Shown piece after piece: positions 18,344 to 25,800 of a stretch of DNA of 32,000 nt. Positions within the stretch are counted from its first letter, which is position 1. Every line of letters starts with the position of its first letter. The DNA is from Bellilinea caldifistulae (lineage in GTDB: Bacteria; Chloroflexota; Anaerolineae; Anaerolineales; Anaerolineaceae). Both the position numbers and the translations under genes were made by a program. Under the pieces are notes generated by a model. That model was given only the letters and a program-made list of their open reading frames with translations. It ran no database searches and was not told the origin of the DNA. The stretch is from positions 210,001 through 242,000 of the forward strand of contig NZ_LGHJ01000019.1 of NCBI RefSeq assembly GCF_001306055.1, written 5' to 3'.

Positions 18344-19465
18344 ATGAAAAAGAGAATCGGAGTATTGACCACCGGGGGCGATAGTCCCGGGATCAACGCT
18401 GCCTTGAGGGGATTGGGGAAGGCCGCCACCGGTGTGTACGGCATGGAAATCATCGGCTTTCAAGACGGTTTCAGCGGAATGGCACAGGGATTGACCGTCG
18501 AATTGGAAGGTTCGGCTTTTTCGGGTATTCTCACCACCGGCGGCACAATTCTGGGTACCAACCGGGACCGCCCCGATCGGGTGATCATTGATGGAGTTCC
18601 GCAGGATGCCACTTCCCAAATCCTGCAGAACTTTGACAAATTCAACCTTCATGCGCTGGTTTGCATTGGCGGCAGTGACGCCCAGGACAGTGCGTACTAT
18701 CTTATGCAGCGCGGTTTGAATGTAATCACCCTGCCGGTTACCATTGACAACGATTTACCCGGCACCGACACTTCGATTGGATTCGACACAGCCGTCGAGG
18801 TTGCCGCCGAAGCGATTGATCGTCTGCATAGCACCGCCATCAGCCATCACCGCATCATCATCGTGGAAATGATGGGACGCGAAACCGGCTGGTTAACTCT
18901 GGCGGCAGGAATTGCCGGCGGCGCAGATGTAATTCTCATCCCGGAAATTCCTTATCACACTGAAAAAGTCGCCGAAGCCATCCTAAAGCGCAGCCACAGT
19001 GGCAAGCGCTTTTCCCTCGTTGCCGTTTCGGAAGGTGCCATCTCTCAGGAAAGCGTGCGCTTCTTTGAAAAAGCACGTCTTGCCAACCGTCGTCTGCGCC
19101 AGGGCACAGAACAATCCGAAGTGGAACAGCGGTTGGAAGAGATTGAAAAACACGCCGCCGGAGATACCCTTCATCTGGCAAACCGATTGGAAGATTTCAC
19201 CAAACTGGAAACCCGAATCACCATTTTGGGCTACTTACAGCGTGGCGGTACGCCCTCGGCCACTGACCGGGTTCTCGCCACTCAACTAGGAACCGCCTGT
19301 GCTGCGCTCATTCAGGAAGGTGTTTTCGGCGTGATGGTTGGCACGCGCTCCGGAACAGTGGTCACGACACCGCTGGATCAGGTAGCCCATCAGACCAAAA
19401 CCGTCCCCCTTGATCATGCCTGGATTCAGGGAGCGCGGTTGGTAGGAGTCAATCTGGGGGACTAG
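18344..19465 (+). CDS. pfkA: 6-phosphofructokinase (PfkA family; phosphoryl donor uncertain)
   Basis: 373 aa. MKKRIGVLTTGGDSPGINAALRG, LPVTIDNDLPGTDTSIGFDTA, IVEMMGRETGWL and LGYLQRGG are canonical PFK blocks. Confidence 0.92.
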   Translation: MKKRIGVLTTGGDSPGINAALRGLGKAATGVYGMEIIGFQDGFSGMAQGLTVELEGSAFSGILTTGGTILGTNRDRPDRVIIDGVPQDATSQILQNFDKFNLHALVCIGGSDAQDSAYYLMQRGLNVITLPVTIDNDLPGTDTSIGFDTAVEVAAEAIDRLHSTAISHHRIIIVEMMGRETGWLTLAAGIAGGADVILIPEIPYHTEKVAEAILKRSHSGKRFSLVAVSEGAISQESVRFFEKARLANRRLRQGTEQSEVEQRLEEIEKHAAGDTLHLANRLEDFTKLETRITILGYLQRGGTPSATDRVLATQLGTACAALIQEGVFGVMVGTRSGTVVTTPLDQVAHQTKTVPLDHAWIQGARLVGVNLGD

Positions 19466-19522
19466 CCAGTCCCATACCAGTTTAGAATAAGACTGACGAC
19501 AACCTTTCATCAGAGAAGCGAA

Positions 19523-20305
19523 ATGAAACCGATCCGAGTGACCGTTTGTCAAATGCGCGATGATCCTCAAGGCCTGTCTGAAGACTGGACGGTTCTGGTC
19601 AATCATGTTCAACAACACAAAAGCGATCTGGTTCTGCTGCCGGAAATGCCTTTTGCCCCATGGGTGATGCTCGACAATCAGGTGTCCACCCAGCGCTGGA
19701 TGGAATTCGTCCGTCAGCATGATGAATGGATGCAACGGCTGCCTGAATTAAGCCCGGCGGTGGTGTTCGCAACTCGCCCCGCGATTCTCAACGGGCGCTG
19801 GTTGAACGAGGCATTCTTGTGGGATGCTCAAAGTGGCTACCGCGCCGTCCATCACAAAACTTATCTCCCCGATGAACCCGGTTTTTGGGAAGCCACCTGG
19901 TACGACCGCGGGCCAGTTCAGTTCATTCCCACAAACACCTGCTTTGGAAAGGTGGGATTTCTGGTTTGCACCGAAATCTGGTTCACCGAACACGCCCGTA
20001 ATTTTGCCCGTCAGGGGGTACGGATTTTACTTTCCCCTCGCGCAACCGAAAAGGCCACTACTGCCAAATGGGTGATGGGTGGGCGTGTTGCGGCCGTGAT
20101 GAGCGGCGCGTACTGCCTTTCCTCGAACCGCTGCGGCCCTTCGGGGGCCGGGTTTGATTGGGGCGGCAGCGGCTGGATCGCCGAACCGGATCAAGGCGAC
20201 TTACTCGCCACCACCAGTGATACTCATCCCTTCATCACGATTGAAATTGACCTCTCCAAAGCTGACCAAGCCAAACAGGGGTATCCGCGCTACGTTAAAG
20301 AATAA
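19523..20305 (+). CDS. Carbon-nitrogen hydrolase (nitrilase superfamily) protein
   Basis: 260 aa. The Glu-Lys-Cys triad is in the expected contexts: LVLLPEMPF, HHKTYLP and VGFLVCTEIWF. Confidence 0.85.
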   Translation: MKPIRVTVCQMRDDPQGLSEDWTVLVNHVQQHKSDLVLLPEMPFAPWVMLDNQVSTQRWMEFVRQHDEWMQRLPELSPAVVFATRPAILNGRWLNEAFLWDAQSGYRAVHHKTYLPDEPGFWEATWYDRGPVQFIPTNTCFGKVGFLVCTEIWFTEHARNFARQGVRILLSPRATEKATTAKWVMGGRVAAVMSGAYCLSSNRCGPSGAGFDWGGSGWIAEPDQGDLLATTSDTHPFITIEIDLSKADQAKQGYPRYVKE

Positions 20306-20393
20306 ATCCGGCACTTGATCGAATATTCATACCGCATGTCAGCGCAACTTGAAGATTATTTCTGGGTTTAACCCTGAGAGGTATAAACCTACC

Positions 20394-22055
20394 ATGGATC
20401 CATTAAAAATAGGCTCTCATACTCGCTTTAATTCCCCTCAAAATCTTTTCTGGTCCGGTGACACAGCCGCACTTTCCACGGATGTTGAAATCATTCGCCA
20501 AAGACTGTTATCCTTAGACTCACCCTTGTTGGTGGTAACTGACGGTCAGAATGTCTGGCTCACGGATGAGGGAACCATCCTGCCAGGGGAGAAAAACTCC
20601 ACCACCTCCTACCGCTGGCTGGCAACCCTGCCTCCTTCACCAATCGAATCGCTTGGTGATTCATCTTTTCAGGAATGGTACGGCTGCCGTTACGCTTATT
20701 ACAGCGGCGCCATGGCCAACGGGATTGCCTCCACCCGCCTGGTCATTGCCATGGGCAAAGCCGGTTTTCTGGCATCCTTTGGTGCGGCAGGTCTTTCCCC
20801 CGAACGGATCGAGGCGGCTATCCACGAAGTTCAAACTGCCCTGCCGCAAGGGCCGTATGCCTTCAACCTGATCAACAGCCCAAATGAACCCGCCCTGGAA
20901 CGTCGCGCGGCCGAGTTGTATGTCCAACACGGCATTCGCAGCGTGGAGGCTTCCGCTTATCTGGAAATTACCCCTGCCCTGGTGTACTACCGCGCCAACG
21001 GATTAATCAGTCAGCCGGACGGTACAATCCGCATTCAAAACCGGCTGATTGCAAAATTATCCCGTAAAGAAGTCGCCCGTCAGTTCATGCTCCCGGCCCC
21101 TGATGAGATCCTCAATCAATTGGTGCAGGAGAACCGATTGACCGAAACTCAGGCAAATCTCGCCCGCCGTGTTCCAATGGCCGACGACATCACCGTTGAG
21201 GCTGATTCGGGAGGACACACCGATAACCGCCCATTAGTGGGACTGCTCCCATCTATTCTGACCCTGAGGGATGAGATTCAAGATCAAATGCAGTACCCCG
21301 TTCCGATTCGAATTGGCGCAGCCGGGGGAATCAGCACACCTCAGGCAGCCCTGGCAGCGTTAATGATGGGGGCTGCTTATATTGTCACCGGTTCGGTCAA
21401 TCAGGCCTGTATTGAGGCCGGGGCATCCGAACACACCCGCCGCCTGCTCGCCCAGGCCGACATGGCGGATGTTACCATGGCACCTGCCGCCGACATGTTC
21501 GAAATGGGCGTCAAAGTCCAGGTTTTGAAACGCGGCACCATGTTTGCCATGCGGGCTTCCAAGCTCTACGAATTGTATTCCCGCTATCCATCCCTTGAAG
21601 CCATCCCCGTTGAGGAACTTCAAAAACTGGAAAAGACCGTTTTCAAGCGCCCAGTCGAAGAAATCTGGCAGGATACGGTGCGATTCTTCCAGCAGCGCGA
21701 TCCGCGTCAGTTAGAAAGAGCCGAGAAAGATCCGCGTCATAAAATGGCGCTGGTCTTTCGCTGGTACCTGGGACTGTCTTCCCGCTGGTCAAACAGCGGT
21801 GAAAAGGGCCGCGAGATGGACTACCAGATCTGGTGCGGGCCGGCAATGGGAGCTTTCAACGAATGGGTGCGGGGGACCTATCTTGAAAAGCCTGAAAATC
21901 GTTCTGTCGTAGATATTGCTCTCCACATCCTGACCGGGGCGGCATATTTGCAGCGTGTCCGTTTGCTGAACGCCTACGGCGTCCAAACAAGCCCTGATCT
22001 GGAGCGTTACCAACCACTCCAGCCATTGACAGAGTCTATCCTCGAAAAGGCTTGA
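20394..22055 (+). CDS. pfaD: PfaD-family trans-acting enoyl reductase (FMN, 2-nitropropane-dioxygenase-like) of PUFA/polyketide synthases
   Basis: SFQEWYGCRYAYYSGAMANGIASTRLVIAMGKAGFLASFGAAGL plus the ADDITVEADSGGHTDNRP and GAAGGISTPQA blocks are the hallmarks of PfaD-type ER. I chose the ATG at 20394 because it follows GAGAGG. The track start at 20349 is a TTG. Confidence 0.9.
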   Translation: MDPLKIGSHTRFNSPQNLFWSGDTAALSTDVEIIRQRLLSLDSPLLVVTDGQNVWLTDEGTILPGEKNSTTSYRWLATLPPSPIESLGDSSFQEWYGCRYAYYSGAMANGIASTRLVIAMGKAGFLASFGAAGLSPERIEAAIHEVQTALPQGPYAFNLINSPNEPALERRAAELYVQHGIRSVEASAYLEITPALVYYRANGLISQPDGTIRIQNRLIAKLSRKEVARQFMLPAPDEILNQLVQENRLTETQANLARRVPMADDITVEADSGGHTDNRPLVGLLPSILTLRDEIQDQMQYPVPIRIGAAGGISTPQAALAALMMGAAYIVTGSVNQACIEAGASEHTRRLLAQADMADVTMAPAADMFEMGVKVQVLKRGTMFAMRASKLYELYSRYPSLEAIPVEELQKLEKTVFKRPVEEIWQDTVRFFQQRDPRQLERAEKDPRHKMALVFRWYLGLSSRWSNSGEKGREMDYQIWCGPAMGAFNEWVRGTYLEKPENRSVVDIALHILTGAAYLQRVRLLNAYGVQTSPDLERYQPLQPLTESILEKA

Positions 22056-22094
22056 AAGGCTTGCCTCAACAGGACGACAAGCCCCGGGTCCATT

Positions 22095-22862
22095 TCATTC
22101 GCTCAGTTGAATTTCCCGCAAGCGAATAGATGGAATTTCACCGGTTTGTAGTTGAACCGCCAGCGTGACCATGTAGTTGCCGCGTTGCTGCCACCAGCCA
22201 ATTAACCGATGGCCTTCTTCCGGCAAATTGCTGCGGTATTCCAAAATCCGCCAGTCTCCCAAATTCGTTGCCATGCCGGGAAACACCTGAATCAGGTGAG
22301 TATCCACAGCCAACCCGAGCCGCAAAGCCTTCAGGGCGGCCTCTTTGGCGCTCCACAATAATGTGGTACGTCCCGCCTGTGCCTCTGTGGGGGCTGAAAT
22401 TACCCATTCGATTTCTTCACCGGTGAAGTAATCCTGCAAGAACGCAGGATGCCGTTCCTCAATCCATTCCAGGTCAATCCCAATCCAGATACCCTCATTT
22501 GCGGTATAGGCTGCCGCCGCTCGTTCGCTGCGGTGAGAGATGCTCAGACAACCAGCCAGCGGTTCACCACCCACTTTAACCAGCGGATAGCCGTGATGGT
22601 GATTTTCAACCGAGATTTCAGCCATCGTCTTTCCGGCAAGAGCCGGAACAACACTCAGCAGCATCCGTTTGGCCGTCCAGCGGCCGCTCAACCATTCGCT
22701 GCGCCGCTTGGGGAATCGAATTGTTTCCAGGAAACGCTGTTCCTCGTGAGACAACCAGCTGGTATCAAAAATGGTGAGGTCTCCCCTCTGCGGGAAAACC
22801 TCACCGATGCACCAATCTAAATTGATCTGGCGCTGCCTTTTAGAGAGTGGCATCTGTCCCAT
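22095..22862 (-). CDS. Sfp-type 4'-phosphopantetheinyl transferase (PfaE-like)
   Basis: 255 aa. It has the GIDLEWIE (GxD-I/L-E) and WSAKEAALKA (W/FxxKEAxxK) motifs and the N-terminal FxxxRRSEWLSGRWxAK block. The start (ATG at 22862 or 22853) lies inside the last codons of the megasynthase gene. Confidence 0.85.
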   Translation of the reverse strand: MGQMPLSKRQRQINLDWCIGEVFPQRGDLTIFDTSWLSHEEQRFLETIRFPKRRSEWLSGRWTAKRMLLSVVPALAGKTMAEISVENHHHGYPLVKVGGEPLAGCLSISHRSERAAAAYTANEGIWIGIDLEWIEERHPAFLQDYFTGEEIEWVISAPTEAQAGRTTLLWSAKEAALKALRLGLAVDTHLIQVFPGMATNLGDWRILEYRSNLPEEGHRLIGWWQQRGNYMVTLAVQLQTGEIPSIRLREIQLSE

Positions 22863-25800
22863 TGACCAGTAATTTCATCGGTTTAAGCAGTGCCGCATCT
22901 ACGGTGTAGGGCAATGCCACAGTCCGGTAATCCTTCACTTCCAGGTAGACCATGCCGTTCTGATCCACCAGCCTGGCATCAAATGCCAGACTGCCATCAC
23001 TCGATCGGCTGGGAATGACCTCGGCAAACAATGGCTTGTCCTCCTGCGGCACACTGCGATGCAGCACCAGTTCGCCAATTGAGCGCGGTAATGCCAATGT
23101 GCCGGTCGCTCCCGCTTCCCAGATGCCAGCAGTCTGCAAAATCGCTTCCAGCAAAATCGGCATGGTTACCAACGAGACCGGCTGCTCGGTGATAGCCGGC
23201 AGGGATTCACGGACTTTGCCCAACACCTTCCCCTCCACCCGTTGGACGCCTTCCAGGACTTGGAAAGAAGGGCCGTGGAAGTAGAGACGATAGATCTCAT
23301 CGCTGGCAACGGTGTAAGCGCCGTTCCAACCGGGCGGTTGAACTTTAACCGATGCAGATTTTTCCGTCTTTGGGGTCAAATAAACTTTTCCGGCAAAGTG
23401 CTGGATGACTTCATTCGGACGAGTTTTAGCAACCAGGGTCGATTCAAGGCTGACATAAGCCACCAAACCACTCGCCTCGCGGATTACTCTGGCTTTCCAG
23501 GTTACCCGGCGCGGTTCGTTGCGGTAGAACTTGAAGGGAGCCAGGAATTGAACATCTTCCAGACGTTCAACTGCAAAGCCGACTTTTTCAGCACCCAACA
23601 CTGAAGCAACATGCTTCGCCGCCGCTGAAAATCCTTCAATTCCCATCACCCCCGGCAGCAAGGGGATTCCGTTCAAAGCATGGTCTTTGAGAAACGGCTG
23701 GTCATTCGGATTCAATTCGGCTTCCAGCAGCACACCGGTTTGCAGGTCAAAGCCGTTCACTGCGCTGAGCATGACATGCGCCGGGCTACCTTCGCGTAAA
23801 GCCTGATTAGCGGCTTCCAGGTTCAAACCGCTCTCCTTGCGGAGCGGTTTTTCCAGAACACCCAACGAACCGGAAACTACCACCTCACTGACCGGCTCAT
23901 TCCCTACCAGTTCTTCATAAACAAAGCGGGCTGCCTGCTTCGGAGGCATCTGGTCAATCCCGCCCATTTCCATTAATTGAGGAATATATCCGCGACTCGC
24001 CATCCCCACCTGCGCCCAGGCGCTCCAATCAATGGTGACCACCCGCATTTCCGGGTGCAGACCACGCAGGTGAGAAGCAGCCTTTGCCAGCCAGTCATTG
24101 GCAGCACTGTAATCGGTCTGACCGGAATTGCCAAACCTGCCGGCAACCGAACCAAACAGCAACACCTGCTTTGGCAATCTATCCGCTGTTTGAAGGGCTT
24201 TGTAAAGATTGAAGAAACCTCCGGCTTTAACCTGAATAGTCGTACGGAATTCTTCCTCCGGTTTGAGATGCAGCTTTCGGCTGCGTTCAATGCCGGCTGC
24301 ATGAATCAGGACATCCACGCGACCATTCTCCTCGACAATCTGACCAATGGTCTCCCCTACCTGATGAGGATCGGTAACATCACATAACCGGTAGACCACG
24401 CTGGCTCCAAGTGAACGGGCAGTCTGAATGGCATCCAGAATGCCAGCCATACGCTCCAATGCAGCCAGTTTCTCTTCCACCTGCGCAGGGGAAGGTTTTT
24501 GTCCGTTGGCGCTCATTTCTCTGAGCAGGTCTTTTTTCAAGCCATCCCGATCCGCTTTTAATCGCTGGAGGGCTGCATCCTGAGGATCGGCTAACGGACT
24601 GCGTCCCAGCAGGTAGAAGATGCCCTGCGTTCGCTGTGCCAGATCCGTAAGGATTGGCGCAACAATACCGCCAGCCCCGCCGCTGATAATCATTACCGGT
24701 TTCTCAGGTAGAGTTGATTGGACCGGATTGTTTCCTTCTTCTTCAAAGAGGGCAATGCTAAAGCGCTGATCGCCCTCCCAGCCGACTTCAACCACAGAGG
24801 CATCGCCGAGCGTCTCTCCGACCAGGCGGGCAGCAATCTGGCTATCATTTGCGCCTGCTTCAAAATCTACCACCTTGACCAACGCGTTTGGCCGTTCACG
24901 GCTAATAGCTTTGGCAAAGCCGGAAATCAAACCGCCCGAAACATTCTTAGCCGCAGTTACGCAGGTTCCATGCAGGCCGCCCATGCGGGTTGCACAGATC
25001 AAGAAAGGCTCACCTTCCACCATCCGGAGCAAGTGATAGAGGCGTACCAGGCGATTATCTACCAGAGATTGCCAGACACGAACATCCTGTTCCGCCAGTG
25101 ATGGCTCATGGTTCAAACCGACCAGGTAATACAAACCCTGAACCCTGCCAGTGCTTTGGAAGGAGGCAACTTTTTCCTGCCATTCCTCGGGCGTCTGGGA
25201 GGAATCCAGAGTCAAAATTTGGACTTTGCGGGCGCGCAACCTGCGGGCAAGGGAATCGGCTGTTTTGCCTTCATCACTCACCAGAATCACCCTGCTGTTT
25301 TCATCTAGAGTGACTCCGCTCGGCAGACACAAATCCAATTTCGGCAGCAGCACCGGTTTTGGAACCCTTCGGCGGATGAGAATTTGCGTCTCTGCCGGCT
25401 CTTCGGTTGGTTTAGGCTCTTCAACGGTCTCCATGGCAACCGGAGCTTGCACCTCTTTGGTTGACAGCGCCTGCGCCGTCGGCTCTTTTGTTGAAACGGA
25501 CTCAACAACAGGGGTAGCGGTGACAGGTTTTTCTTCGGAAACGGGCAGTTCCTCGGTGCTGGTCGCCTTCCCATTCGTTGATAACGCCTCAACCATGAAG
25601 CCGATGACTTTTTTCAAGGTGTTGTAATCCACCAACCTGAGGTCTTCCCGCCGCGGGATGTTGTAGTGGGTGCGGATAGTCGCAAACAGTTCCGCCTGTT
25701 TTACCGTGTCAATTCCTAAATCGGCTTCCAGGTCCAAATCCAAATCCAGCATTTCAACCGGATAGCCCGTCTTTTCACTGACAACCGACAGCACGTAGGT

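Noticed and set aside
18110-18652. 180-aa minus-strand ORF bridging the hpt2/pfk junction, and the similar 149-aa ORF at 19286..19735
   Set aside because: They are antisense to two well-supported genes and cross gene boundaries. No motifs are recognisable.
20349-20393. TTG-initiated 15-codon extension of pfaD
   Set aside because: The internal ATG at 20394 with an upstream GAGAGG is more plausible. The extension adds no conserved sequence. The choice does not affect the functional call.
22056-22094. Possible bidirectional terminator between convergent pfaD and the PPTase gene (GGCTTG...CAAGCC, 6-bp stem with a 14-nt loop; also a direct repeat AAGGCTTG x2)
   Set aside because: The stem is short, the loop is large and there is no U-tract on either strand. 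That is too weak to call.
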